Notes under the pieces: model-generated
Told to the model about the DNA's origin: nothing
Database searches by the model: none
What the model saw: only the letters and a program-made list of their open reading frames with translations
Assembly (NCBI GenBank): GCA_020536535.1
Contig: JAHLWZ010000199.1
Location: 1 to 64,000, forward strand
Origin: Pelomyxa schiedti
Lineage: Eukaryota; Protista; Evosea
Direction of reading: 5' to 3'
DNA: 64,000 bases
Part shown: positions 46,001-58,145 of the stretch, piece after piece
How the letters are laid out: each line of letters starts with the position of its first letter
Numbering within the stretch: the stretch's first letter is position 1
Translations under genes and position numbers: made by a program

Positions 46001-46946
46001 TTCGTCACCCCCTCCCATTGTATATGCCACAGAACTTGTAACTTCTTTTCCCAAAAGCAGTGCCCCATTTGCAATGAACAATTACCTGATGAACCTTCTA
46101 TAGTCAATGCCCACGTCGATAACTGTCTGGCGAAAAAGAATCGTGTATGCTCTTATGTCTTGCGTAGTTATGTTTTTTTTTCCGACTTCATTTAGCAACC
46201 ACCACAAACAACATTTTTGGGACAATGGTTCGGCCACAACAAGGTATTCTTTCATTTTCCTTTCACACCCATTCACACTCACTAATACAGGGACCGGAGC
46301 AAAATGAGGTTGCCGCACAAGATATGCTTCAGGATTCAAAACAGAAAATGCACCAGCAACAACTACAACAAGCAGCTTCGAGAGGACCAACAGCTTCCAG
46401 TCCCCCACCACAACAACAACCAGCCCAAGATACACGCACTGATTCTGTTGTTCATCAAGACGGTTTAATGTTTTCTGTGCGTTTTCCCTATTACACAAAT
46501 CCTTAATTAATTTTCATGCATTTGACCAGATGCCCAATTCACTGTTCCCTGGTGAGGTAACAGAAAAGGACAAATTCGAAGCCGAACTCATCAGTTAACA
46601 CCCAACCATTCTCTTACAACTTTAATTCGTTCGATAGAGTACTTATTGAGATCCTACTTCGATCTTGTGCGTAAAAATATTATGGACACAGTACCCAAGG
46701 CCATTATGCATTTCCTTGTAAATTCCACTAAGGAGTCACTACAAAACGAACTTGTAAGAGCGTTGTATAAACCGGAGAAATTTTCCGAACTCCTCGCGGT
46801 ATCTCTATTTCTCTGTCTCTTTTTGGACTAAAACCGTATAGGAATCACCCCAAGTTGCTCAGAAAAGACAACTGTGTAAAGCTAAACTGGACACACTACA
46901 GAAAGCAGCGGATATCATAAGCGAAGTTCGCGATTTTTCCTTTTAA
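43087..46946 (+). CDS. Dynamin-related protein (Dictyostelium DymA / Vps1-Dnm1 type), about 24 exons
   Basis: [61 protein letters not shown] and [28 protein letters not shown]. About 23 introns splice in frame to TAA at 46944-46946. Confidence 0.95.
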
Positions 46947-47070
46947 TGCAACACACATGTAGAAAAATAAGACAATTCAGTCCAAAATCCATTTCTTCCT
47001 TTTCCTTGTTGCCAATACGGCATCACCAAAACCAAAAGATACGCAAAAACTACAGTCGGAATGTTGTTTT

Positions 47071-50000
47071 CTACAGAGCACTGGATAGGGGTGTTGAATG
47101 TGATGGTGAAGGGAATGCCGCAGTGCCCCTGGGTGTGGGTGATTGTCTGGGTGTTTGCCGGCTGTCAAAACCGTCAATGCCGGTGGTGAAGGAGCGTGGT
47201 GTGTTTGGCCCCAGTGTGCTACTGAGTGTGGCTGGTTTGTGTGGTCTTGGTTTGGTGAGTTCATTGAGTTGAAGCTGGCGACTAGCTATTTCCGTTTTGA
47301 GTGATGCGTTTTCCGTTTCGGATTCTTTGAGTTTCGCAGAGAGTTTTTGTACTTGTAGGCTGAGGTTGTCAACCTAAAAAGTGGAATTATAACCTGGTTG
47401 GTGAGGTGAGTCTGAACTACCTTTCGGTAAAGAGAACTTTCTGTTAATTGCTTTGCTTTCTGAGATGGTAGTTGAGATGCGAACTCAGCTGCCTTCATTT
47501 GCCTTGGAATAAAGGTTATCGAAGAGGAACATATTTTCTTTTGAAAGGTAGATTACCTATAATATAGTTGGCTATCCATTTCAAGTTGGTAGTTCTTTGC
47601 TTCTAATTCGGCCAACTGTGCACTCAATTTATTAAGCTTCGCTATGTAACTTGGGCTTATGTGAGTGGGAGGAACCAAACCACCAGGAGGATACGTGCCT
47701 GAATGCGCACGGGCACGGCTGGGGGTGAGATTGCACTTGCATAACGTGGGTGGTAGTTGTCGTGAGAGTGTTAGATTCACTCAAGTTTTCAAGACTTGTT
47801 GGCTCAAAGGGTGTTGCTTGAACACTAGACGAATCCCCATCAGGCTCAAGTGTTGCAGGTGTATCCTGACGAGAAGAATGGTGCTCTTCTGGTGTTCTTC
47901 TCTTTTCCCATACAAAGAGATTAAAAAATTAAGTGCAAAGTTGAACGAAGTACAGCTGTTAAGGGAGAACTGCCATCGACAGTCATTGACATATTGGATA
48001 ACTTCCAGGTTTTTTCCCGTTCCGTCAGCACCCTGATTATCTCCTTCAAACGAGGGAATTGAATAACCAAACAACTATTTGAGAAGTACTTGATCACGCT
48101 CTCTCTCAGAGGACAAAGTATTACACTTGTTCTTCCAGTTATCTATTTGAATTTGAACTTGTCTAATTGACGTTATATGAAAGTTCTCTTTGGTGAATAG
48201 AGGCTCACTGGAGTTGAGTTTTTGTCTCCTGAAGTTCATGGAGAAGACAGGAGTTATCTTTACGCAAACTAACCCTACAAGAAATAAGCAGAAATGATAC
48301 TAAGGAGGATATACAATGTTTTTTTATTGTCAATGTTCTGAAGAAGAGAATCATTAGAAAGGGTCTAAATGAAAATCAATGTTACCTCTCGCAGAGAATC
48401 TTCCTGTAAGGGAAAAAAATGTAGTGAGGAAAGTGACACTTGGTGAGATCTCACAAACCTTCTGGGTTAAAACAATGGAGGATACTTCTTGTTTGAGTTG
48501 AGTTATAGTAGTTACAGACACAGTCAAGTCATTTCTCAATTTAGCGGAGATCTTTTTTTCTTTCACCAATTCTTGTTGTGTCAGCTCTAGCTGCTTAGTC
48601 AATTCGATTATTTGTTTTTCTAACATGACTGTAGAAGAAGTTTGAGCTAACTCTGACCGTAGTTCTTGTACTTGACGTGAGAGGGCAGTGTTTTTTTGTG
48701 TTAACTCATGGTGTTGCTTTGTTAACTGCTCATTCGATACTGATAACCGTTGCAACTGCTCGAGAAGCTCACGATGTTTTAAGAGTAGAGATTTCTTCTG
48801 AATGTCAGCTTCTCTCTGTGCACATTCAGCTCTCGATTCAATATCTCTCAGTTGTTGTTCACGGAGTTGGAGTGCATGAACTTTCTGTGAGACAGTCTCC
48901 TTCTGCACAGTTATTTCCTTGAAAGCCAGCTCTTTTTGCTTCTCCGTATCCTTTTTCATTGTTTCCCTCTCTCTCAAAATCTCCTTTTCGAATTCGGCTT
49001 TTTTCTGTGCTAATTCCTTCTCACATTGATATCTGAGATTTGCTAACAATCTATCAGCTAACTCACGTTGTTGGAGTACGGCCTTTTCTGCGATCTCCTT
49101 CTGCCGAATGAGGTCCATGTTGGCGTCGCGCTGCTTAGCCAACTCTCTCTCGAGGGCATCTTTTTGTCTTACCAGCTCCTTACTAATAGCATCGTGAGCT
49201 GACACCTCACGTACTGCATCTTGCAACTGTTTTGACAGTCCCGTAAAGCCAGATTCACTATGTACTTCCAGTTCCCTTATCCTGCTTTCCAAGGTTTGTA
49301 CCAGCATTTGTTGCTCACAAAGTTCTTGTGTCTTCTGTTGAAGTTGGAGCTCGCGTTCTGCTAATTGTGATACTATGTTTGCTTGTTCTGGAAAGTAGTT
49401 GGAGGTTTCATCAGACTGGTGTTTTTGCCGTTCGACTTCTTTACACATTACCTCCAGTTTGGCTTGAAGGTTGCTCTCGTGTTCTCTTGCCTGTTGCTTG
49501 TGGTGCTCAAAATCACTTCTTGTGGTTTCTAGTGTTCTTTCGGTTGCCTCTAATTCTGCACATTTTGTACCAAGACAAACTTCGATTTCCTTGGATTTCC
49601 TTGTCAGATCCACAATCAATTGCTTGTCTTTTTCTGTTGTCCCACAGGTGCACACATGACTTTCTGAATCTCTTTTTGCTTGAGCGAAACTTGCCTCTAG
49701 CTTAAAAACTTGATCTCTCAGATGCTCTCTTTCTCGCGAATATTCATCGTTTGTTTTAGTCAATTTGTCAACTGTTGCCTTCGCAGAGTTCAACTCTTGG
49801 GAAATGAGTTTTCTTTGCAACCCTTCCTCGTCAGAGATGTGCTGTTGTTCTAGTAACTGCGCTTCCAACTCTTCCAATCTAGCTTTTATTGTACTCCTTG
49901 CAGTCAAATGATTGACTACTTCCCCTCTGAGTTTTGCTAGCTCAGCGTGAAGTCTACTTCTTTCCATTCTATGGCTCTCTTCCTGTTGTTCTGCTTGGGT

Positions 50001-51597
50001 TTTTTCATTCTGGAGAGCGAGGGTGGTGGAGTTCAGGGAAATCTTCAGTTCCGCGGTCTCCTTTTCATATTGCTGGTGCTGCTGATCCCTAACAGCCTGT
50101 GCAGATGAGGTTAATTCATTGCATCAGGAGAGTTGATGCATATGTGCCACATACTTGGGCCACAGATAGTCTGGCTTTGAGTTCTTCGAAATCCCGAGTT
50201 AATTTCTGGTGGCACAGAATAAATTAATGCCAAGATTTGGGGAACTTACCTTGATGATCTCACTTTCGTCATGTCCACAAGACAGAGTCTATAACAGGAA
50301 TTAGAGTCAAAAAAAAAAAAAAAAAAAAAAAAAAAGCATGTGATTTGCCGTATTTTTCATTGCTTCATCACCCAACAAATCCTCTTCAGTGTCATTGTAC
50401 TCAGGAAAGAAAGCATTTGCGCCTATGATATGTCCTAGTTTGGACAAGCACCCAACGATTCTAGGAATGTTTTTGCTTAAAACAAGTTCGTGTGGTAAAA
50501 AGAGGTCTGAAGGCAGTAGACCTTGGGTCGTCGTCAGGTGAAATTTATGTATCAAGTCTTTACAAACCGACTTCCTTGCATGCATCAAGAAAAGCTTGGG
50601 AATTGGCAAGCGAATTTATGGTTCTTTCTGTTTCATCCTCCACTGGTTTAATTTCCAAGACAGAATTTTCTTTGATTTTGTTGGCAAGTTTACACAGTAT
50701 ACTCTGTTTAAATTAAAAAGTTGGCAAAACACATTAACCAGGGGAGATAAGGGGAAAAAAAAAAAAAACGGTAGAGTGAGGAAGAGAAAGAAAGCCTGGA
50801 AGGAAACACACTCCATCACTCAAGTCTCTTTCAAGCGTTTTCACAGAAACAGGTATCCCAGTCTGGACCCCTATCCACCTCGCAACGCCTTTCTTTACCA
50901 AAGCAACGCCACGTGCTTCCCCCTCAATCTCAATCTCCCCTCCAGGGGTCCCTCCGTCGCCAAGAGGTGAGCCTAGCACCATAGACTTGCCTGCCACCCG
51001 CGGTCTCGAATGAGATCCATCCCCACCCTTTGCCAAAGTCAAATCCGAAGCCGGCGTCGAGCTGGGGGTCGCAGCCGAAGCTGAAGCTGAAGCCGATCCA
51101 TCGTGAGAAGCACGAAGGGAATCCGCAGAAAAAGAGAAAGCCGGCGAGGCAAACGAAGATGATGGGTGCTGCTCCCGCTGCTGCCTATGCGGAGACACCG
51201 CCGCGTTGGCTTTTCCGGGTGCTTGTGCTTTGCCGTCGTCGTCGCCGTTGCCCTGGTGGCCGTGGTCCTCGGGCTCGGGCTCGACGGACAGGACGTAGCC
51301 CTCGTCGTCGCCAAACGAGATCGCCTCGCCATCGTCGCCTGCCCCGTCGCCGGCGTCGTCGTCGCTGCTGCTGCTGCCGAGGGTCGACTGCGCGCCGAGG
51401 GACGACGCCACGAGCGTCGCCGTCTGCGGCTTCAGCTCGGCCCGCGACACCCTCGGCCGCAGGGGAGTGGTTGCCGTCGCCGTCGCGGTAGTCGTGGCGG
51501 TCGCGGTCGTTGCCGAGAACGTAGAGGTGGTGACGGTGCTGCGGGATTCGTGGGTCGTCGCGCTTGCCGCGTTCGCCGATGCATTGCCGCTCTGCAT
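47071..51597 (-). CDS. Calponin-homology (CH) domain protein with a long coiled coil
   Basis: VARWIG..LERDLSDG/.ILCKLANKI..NSQAFLDACKEVG..DLFLPHELV..KNIPRIVGCLSKL, followed by a coiled-coil exon of more than 500 aa (48354-49967). Confidence 0.8.
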
Positions 51598-52879
51598 TTT
51601 CGCCGACGCGCGTGGTGTGTCGTAGAAAACTTGGAAAAACATGGGGGGGGTTTGATCACAGAGGGACCCGTTCTCAAAAAATCGGTTTCCACCCAGCCAC
51701 CACTCCATGTGGTGTAGAGCCACAAACTTGAAAAGGCGGAGCTTTTCTTCTTCTTTTCTTTTTCTGTGTTTTTTTTTCACAACTTCTGTGCTGGAGACTG
51801 AGTGACACAGCGTGTCGGTTCGTTTTTGCTCGCAGTCGTGGGTGTTACTTGTGGGTTGTGCGTGTGAGATTTACGTCGCCCGCGTGTGTCGATGTTGTTG
51901 GTGGCTCTTGGAAGATAACTCCGTCTTTTGGTGTGGAAGCAGCGTAGGTTCTTGACCTTTGAAATATCGCCTTTGAAGTTCAAGTTACATGGCCTCTTTT
52001 TTGGAAACAATACTTGGTGGGTGTCTATACGTGGTCTGTTTCATCTATCATGTTGTTCCTTTGTTGCGTTGTACTAACTAGTGTCCCGGAATACTTGCTA
52101 TCTTATTCACTGCACACCAACACCAGGTGTTACAGTGGGGATGCCAATTATCAGTTGAGGTGTAGTTCTCGTCAAACAGTGGATTATTTTGGATGCATCC
52201 CTCAAAACGCATTAAACAGAACCTTTTGTTGAGCCTGGCACGCTGCTATGCCCGAAATCAACCTGAGTGATACCATGTTCACCTTCTCACAAAGGAATTG
52301 TAAAGGACATAACTCTGGCATACCAATTATCAGGCCATATCTCTCTTACAAACAGCTGAGCTTAATAAGCTAATTTGTATTTCCACTGTTTACATTGTTG
52401 TGGAATGATTTCTCTAAAAGCAAGCACCTCTGACAGATATTATAATGGCTGTGTAGATACTAACAAGCTCATCAAGTAAAACTGGAGGGTGAGAGTGCCG
52501 TAACTAACAATACAACAGCTTTTTGAAGATCCAAACCTTCCATAGCTACCGCCTTAACAAGGCAGCAATGACCATCAAAGCCCGAGGACCTGCAATGTCG
52601 TTGTGTCAAGAAGGATAGATAGAAGCCCCAAGTCCAACCAGACATCGAATCTGTGGAATCCAAAAGTGCGTAAGAAAGTGTGATATAATGTCGCGTATCT
52701 AATCACTGGCATCACAGTTATCATATTATTCCAGTTAGAAGAAGATCTCCAAATCCAGGTTCCTGGTTCTTCAGCTCTATCTGATCATCATGGGAACGCC
52801 AACACCCCTCAGCCACAGGCATTCTTAGCATGGAGTCCATGGCATAAAATCCAGCTCATACCCATAGTCCCAGTCTCCC

Positions 52880-53848
52880 GTGTTGGTGGGCTTGATAGTA
52901 AGTACTTCCATGGACAAACTGTGTATTGCTTTAGACACGGTCAGTTTGTATGACTGGAAGACAGCAAGCAGTACCCCGTGCAAAGAATTTCCTGGGCACA
53001 ATGGATATGTCTCTCTGCCAGTGCGATTTATGAAAACCACAGAGAGACTTTTAAGCAGCTCCGGAGAGACATAAGTTGCATTTTGTGGGATGTGGAAACG
53101 GGAACCGGAATCACTAAATAAATACACAGGTGCAAATGTAAGAACAGAACCCGAAAAATGACTGTGTGGCCAGTCTAAAAACACACACCATTCCACACAC
53201 AGGGTGACGTGATGACGGTGGCCGTTAGCCCCAGCAACCAAAATGAATTCGTGAGTGGAGCATGTGATACCAGAACGCGAATTTATGACATACGGGACCC
53301 AAATCCGGTCATCACGTGGTCCGACGCAGATTGTGACATCAATTCCGTGTGCGTTTCCGGGAATGGAACATTATACGCATCCGCTGGAGGTTGTTTGTGT
53401 GGCTGAATTCCTCCCCTCCTCCTCTCCCCCTCTCCCCCTCTCCCCCTCTACCCCTCTGCACGTTCGTAACCATCGTCGTCGTCGCCGTCAACTAACTCTC
53501 CATCCACACACACACACACACACAATCACACACACACACACAAAATGCACAGATGAATCGATTTGCCGTGTGTATGACCGGCGTTCGACACGCGCCGCGG
53601 CGGCTTTCAAACACGAATCTGTGTTGTGCGGAACCACCAGCGTTGCGTTCTCAGCGAGCGGGCACAGTCTGTTTTCAACCTGTGACTCCGGGGAGCTGAT
53701 AGGGTGGTCAGTCCTGACCGGCAGATTGGCATGGCGAGATACAAGTGCCACCAACAGGCTTACATGTGTGTCTCTGAGTCCCTCTGGTGACACACTCTTC
53801 ACATCCTCCTGGGACAATTTGGTCAGGGTCTACACATCCAATCCTTGA
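52880..53848 (+). pseudogene. 5'-truncated, disrupted duplicate of the F-box/G-beta-like gene
   Basis: Matches 22128-23550 in reverse complement but lacks the F-box and first blades. Insertions give a frameshift and stop at about 53072-53074. Confidence 0.85.
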
Positions 53849-54469
53849 CCACCAGCCCAAGAAGAGTCGTCTGTCTTGTCTTGTAAAATCTGATTTTTTG
53901 AAAAAAAGAAAAAAAAACATTGATTTTTATTTTCAAATGGGTGAGTGAGTGTGCCAGTGTCAACTTTGCTGGCAACTGCCAAGAAAGAGAAGCATGTCGT
54001 CTGCCTGCCCACAGTGTTCAATACTCGACAAATCGAGTGGATGGATGGCAGGGAAAAAAAAGAATATTTCAACTGATGTTCACCCCCTTCAAGTTCTTTT
54101 GGGAGATCCTTACCACTCTTCCAGACCAAGGCTCTCGCCCGAGCCGACGTTGACCTACTCCGGGTGGGCCTTCTGACCTCCTAGGCATCGGACAACGTCA
54201 GGGACTAGAGCGCATCGAATCCCATTCGCCTATTCCATCACGCACAAGGTATCCTTTGGTTATTCTTTCCCCTGTGTGGGTGGTTTTCGGTTCAAGGAGA
54301 GCTACTTTCGCCCCCTGCTCGCTTGAGATTAATTTAATCAATGAAATGTGATTACGCCTTGGAAATGAGTGTTTTTGCGTAATTTTCGTGGTGCCGTTCT
54401 CCGATGTTTTCGACCGAAATTTCGCTCCGTGCAGACTTATGGGTCGAGGTTTTGTTCTTGAAAAGAAAG

Positions 54470-54960
54470 AGAAACACCTGACGATGGAGGTATCAGCGCA
54501 CCAACGTTGTATCAACTTCAGTCTGAAGAGTGGTCTGTTGTCCTCCACGTTCCTCACGTCGATGTGCTGGATGGTGTCCGAGTGGTTGTTGCTGTTGTCC
54601 AATCTTGCCCTCAAAATGGTCTCACCTCCCAGTCCCGAATATTATTTGATGCTCTGTCGGTGAGATAGTCGGCTTCATCTTACAGGAAACGAGGAGCGCG
54701 TTCTGCTCCCTATTGCTCAGAGCGACCAAAGGAATTATGTGTCCTTCCAACAGGCCCAGCTCTTCTTGTTTAACTTTCAATAGGGAGGACAAGGAGGAGG
54801 CATTCCGATTTGTGGTGGTGTGGGGGGAAGCAGGGCAGTCTCAATGTAAAATTCTGGTTCACCCCCACAGTAATAACAGAGCCTGTGGCTGTTTATCCCA
54901 CAGTGAAATACTCGAGGGGGAGGCTTGTTCACTCCAGCAAGACCCTCTACCAACCAGGAT
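54470..54960 (-). pseudogene. Degraded third copy (middle and C-terminal fragments) of the PRCG-module family gene
   Basis: Fragments translate to EPEFYIETALLPPTPPQIG and SDTIQHIDVRNVEDNRPLFR..ADTSIVRC, with large deletions and frameshifts. Confidence 0.8.
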
Positions 54961-55405
54961 AAGAAAATGGGAAAAAAAATGTTGCTGGGGTTCACTCCCT
55001 TCAAATTCTTTTGGGAGATCCTTACCACTCTTGCTCACCAAGGCTTTTCAGACGAGCTGACATTGACCTACTCCGGGTGGACCCTATGGCCTCCTAGGCA
55101 TCAGTCAAGGTCAGGGACTAGAGCGCATCGAATCCCATTCGCCTATTCCATCACGCACAAGGTGTCCTTTGGTTATTCTTTCCCTTGTGTGGGTGGTTTT
55201 CGGTTCAAGGAGAGCTACTTTCGCCCCCTGCTCGCTTGAGATTTAATCAATTGAATGTGATCATGTCTTGGAAAGGAGTGTTTTGTACGTGTTTTGCTTG
55301 TTTTCTCCGGGTTTTTTGGAAGGGAAATTCTGGGCTGCCAAGACTTATGGGTCCAGGTTTTTGAAAGAAAGAATTTCCAAAGTACTTTTTGTTTGGCTTA
55401 TGGGG

Positions 55406-57760
55406 TTATGGGGTGTTGTTGCTGTGAGGGGAACTGAACGAAAAACACTGGAAGAAGCCGGTGTCGGCGTACCAACGTTGTATCAGGGTCACCCTGAAGA
55501 GTGATCTGTTGTCCTCCACGTTCCTCACGTCGATGTGCTGGATGGTGTCCGAGTCTTTGTTTTTGTTTTTGTCGGCACTCACTGTGTGGTCCCCCACCAC
55601 CTTCTTCTTCTTTTCCGACAGGGCCAACATGAGGCCAGTGTTTGTCTCCCATTGCACCGACATGAACCCTGTGGTGTCGACAGTCATCAGCACGTCCTCT
55701 GGTGTGTTCGCGTCTCGTAACTCATATCTTCCGTCATATGTGACACAGAACTTGGTTCCGTTCCCAATTGGGAACAAGTTCCTGACCTCAGACGCGGCAC
55801 TTTGGACGAGGTGAGGTGCTGATGGATTCTTCCTCTTGATGACGTGTACTCTCCCCATCGATGATTTGGCAACCACGACTGCGTCGTCGCCCAGGTTGCA
55901 GTTGCAGTCATCATCAGAGGAACCAGACCTGATCACAAACGCCTTCGAAATAGTCTCACCTTCCCGGACTTGCATCCCAGTCACCGACCACCTCTCGATC
56001 TCGTGGAATCGCTTGCTCTCCACAGACTTCTTGATGTTCCAGAATATTATGTGATACTCAGCCTGCGTGCCATCGGCGTTCGCCTTACGGGAAACGAGGA
56101 GCGCCAGGTGGGGCTCCCTCTTGCTCAGAGCAACCAAGGAAATCACGTGCCCTTCCGACAGGCCCAGTTCTTCTTGTTGAATTTTCAACAGGGAGGACAA
56201 GAAAGAGGCACTTCCAATTTGTGGTGTTGGAAGCAGAGCAGGCGCAACGTAAAATTCTGGTCCAGTTCCATAGTGATAAAGGACCCAGTGGCTGTTTGTC
56301 TTGCAGTGAAATACTCGAGGGGGAGGGGTGGGGATCACCAGCAAGACCCTCGAGTCACCCGGTCTTTGCACGTTGCGAAGCTTGAAAATGGAAGGGGTTC
56401 CCGGGCCATTCTTCTGGTGAACGACGTAGTGATCCTCTCCAGCGAAGGTGACCAACCAGGGCTCTTCAGGAGAACGCCACACGGGATTGACTTCCAATTC
56501 CGAGGATATGACACCCGCATCCTGCCAGAGTCCGAGCTTCAGTGCTCGATCTTCAGGAGTTCCTTGACCGGTGCTGGTGCGGAGCACGATGACCAGCCTC
56601 TTCTCGGTTGCCCTTGCCCAAATGAAGACGGAATATAACAACGAGGGCGTCAGAAATCGCAGGGCAGATGCACTTCCGCACCTGGGAAGAGTTCCCACAA
56701 GGAGGTTCAGCATCTGCTCTCTCAAGTAAATTCCCTCAATGTGCGTTTCCACGGAGCTTGTCACTTGGAAGTTTCCAGAAGGAACCTTGGTGGTGGTGGC
56801 GGTTGTTGTGACGTGCCCCACCAGCGTTGCCACTCCTGTGGAAGCGGAAGTCATTCTTGTCTCTGCACCATTATTATCGGCTGAGGCTGCTGTTTTGGTG
56901 TCAGGAATCCCGGATTTATGTTCGGCGTTGTTGGTGAGGCTTTCTTGAGTTCCAACTGGATCCTCTGACTGTGTTGAAGAAGAGGAGGTGACGCTCGGCA
57001 CATTTGTTTCCGTTACCGTTTCAGCGACTCGTGCACCTTCAGCAAGAGCAACAGCAGGTGTGATTGTGCTGATGGTTGGAGTGAGACCGTCAACAACAGC
57101 AACAAGTGGTTTGCGTGGCTCTGCCTCTGCAGATACTTTCCCCTTTTTGGGTTTTGGGGGATTTGGCTGCTTCACGGTGGGCTTGCGCTGGCTCTTTGTC
57201 ACTGCACTTGGGGTGGAAGAGGTGATGACTGTGGATGAGGAGGACGAGGAAGAGGAAGAAGAAGAGGAAGAGGAGCGGGTTTTGGTGGATAGTTGTTGTC
57301 TCGGCGACGATGAGGACGAGGACGAGCGGGGGGGAGCAGACGGGGAAGGAGACCCCAAAGAAGCGCTTGCTGTGGATGTGGTTGTGGATGTGGCACAAGA
57401 GGATGAGGATGATGCTGACGAAGCAGCAGCAGCGGGGGTGTTGTTGGCTGGGTCAGGAGTTGATGATGATGATGACGATGAACCCGACGCGGCGGAGGTG
57501 GTCGTTGTCGTTGAGGCGGCGGTGATGGCTGATGCTGATGATGATGATGATGATTGGTGCGCGCGGGTGCCCCTCCTTGGCCTCTTTGGCTGGGTGGCGA
57601 GGGGAGCACCGCGGGCGTCTCGGCCGAACGGTGCGGCCCTGAGCAGAGCCTGGATGTCTGGCGGGAGACCCGACAACTCGCGCTCCATGTCGGTTTCGCA
57701 CGACGGAGCTTGGTGCGTGGAGGAGGTGGAGAGGGAGCTGCTCGTTTTGTTCCCCTGCAT
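55406..57760 (-). CDS. PRCG-module family protein, intact single-exon paralog (start 57760 or 57688)
   Basis: Uninterrupted ORF of about 780 aa: Ser/Thr-rich N-terminus, REQMLNLLVGTLPRCGSASALRFLTPSLLYSV, then a beta-strand-rich region. Confidence 0.8.
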   Translation of the reverse strand: MQGNKTSSSLSTSSTHQAPSCETDMERELSGLPPDIQALLRAAPFGRDARGAPLATQPKRPRRGTRAHQSSSSSSASAITAASTTTTTSAASGSSSSSSSTPDPANNTPAAAASSASSSSSCATSTTTSTASASLGSPSPSAPPRSSSSSSSPRQQLSTKTRSSSSSSSSSSSSSSTVITSSTPSAVTKSQRKPTVKQPNPPKPKKGKVSAEAEPRKPLVAVVDGLTPTISTITPAVALAEGARVAETVTETNVPSVTSSSSTQSEDPVGTQESLTNNAEHKSGIPDTKTAASADNNGAETRMTSASTGVATLVGHVTTTATTTKVPSGNFQVTSSVETHIEGIYLREQMLNLLVGTLPRCGSASALRFLTPSLLYSVFIWARATEKRLVIVLRTSTGQGTPEDRALKLGLWQDAGVISSELEVNPVWRSPEEPWLVTFAGEDHYVVHQKNGPGTPSIFKLRNVQRPGDSRVLLVIPTPPPRVFHCKTNSHWVLYHYGTGPEFYVAPALLPTPQIGSASFLSSLLKIQQEELGLSEGHVISLVALSKREPHLALLVSRKANADGTQAEYHIIFWNIKKSVESKRFHEIERWSVTGMQVREGETISKAFVIRSGSSDDDCNCNLGDDAVVVAKSSMGRVHVIKRKNPSAPHLVQSAASEVRNLFPIGNGTKFCVTYDGRYELRDANTPEDVLMTVDTTGFMSVQWETNTGLMLALSEKKKKVVGDHTVSADKNKNKDSDTIQHIDVRNVEDNRSLFRVTLIQRWYADTGFFQCFSFSSPHSNNTP

Positions 57761-58073
57761 GTCGACGATAACGAGCGAGGTAAGTTTACCGCACCTGCTT
57801 CTTTCTTCCTTTTTCTTCTCCCTCCTTTGGTTTTTGTTGCCTTTTTCTAATACTCGCAACTACGGACAATTGAATCTGAGTGTGTACATCTGAGAGAAAA
57901 GACACCGTTCGGGGCGAAGTGGAACACTGAAACAGCGGTGGAATTACAATACAACAAACACACCCCCGACTTCTTGCGAGCCCAAAAAAGTGTGAGTCCA
58001 TCAATTTTTTCTTTCCTGGAAAAAAGCATGGCAGCAGAACCAACTCTGTGTTCCAGAGACACCAAGATGTTCA

Positions 58074-58145
58074 GGCTCCGTAGTATAATGGTTAGTATGG
58101 GAGATTTTGGCTCTCTTGATCTCAGTTCGATTCTGAGCGGGGCCA
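58074..58145 (+). tRNA. trnQ-UUG: tRNA-Gln (anticodon TTG), copy B
   Basis: Same 72-nt cloverleaf as 18850-18921, followed by the terminator TTATTTTTTT. Confidence 0.92.

Larger units (their letters stand above)
52880..58145. repeat. Segmental duplication copy B (inverted relative to 18850-23550), with an extra internal degraded repeat unit
   Basis: Direct comparison of shared ORFs, tRNA and intergenic blocks. Confidence 0.93.

Noticed and set aside
53505-53545. Short repeats ((CA)n here, TCA/TCG runs, HSP70 GGMP repeats) as a CRISPR-like or functional array
   Set aside because: Simple microsatellites or coding repeats with no repeat-spacer structure, in a eukaryotic context.
54249-54296. 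U12-type donor GTATCCTTT in the repeated spacer
   Set aside because: No exon context or U12 branch site, and one copy reads GTGTCCTTT, so it is probably chance.
18850-58145. Giant transposon or endogenous virus bounded by terminal inverted repeats
   Set aside because: The interior holds intron-rich housekeeping genes (SAP30BP, UTP6, dynamin), and I saw no transposase, integrase, polymerase, capsid or target-site duplication.
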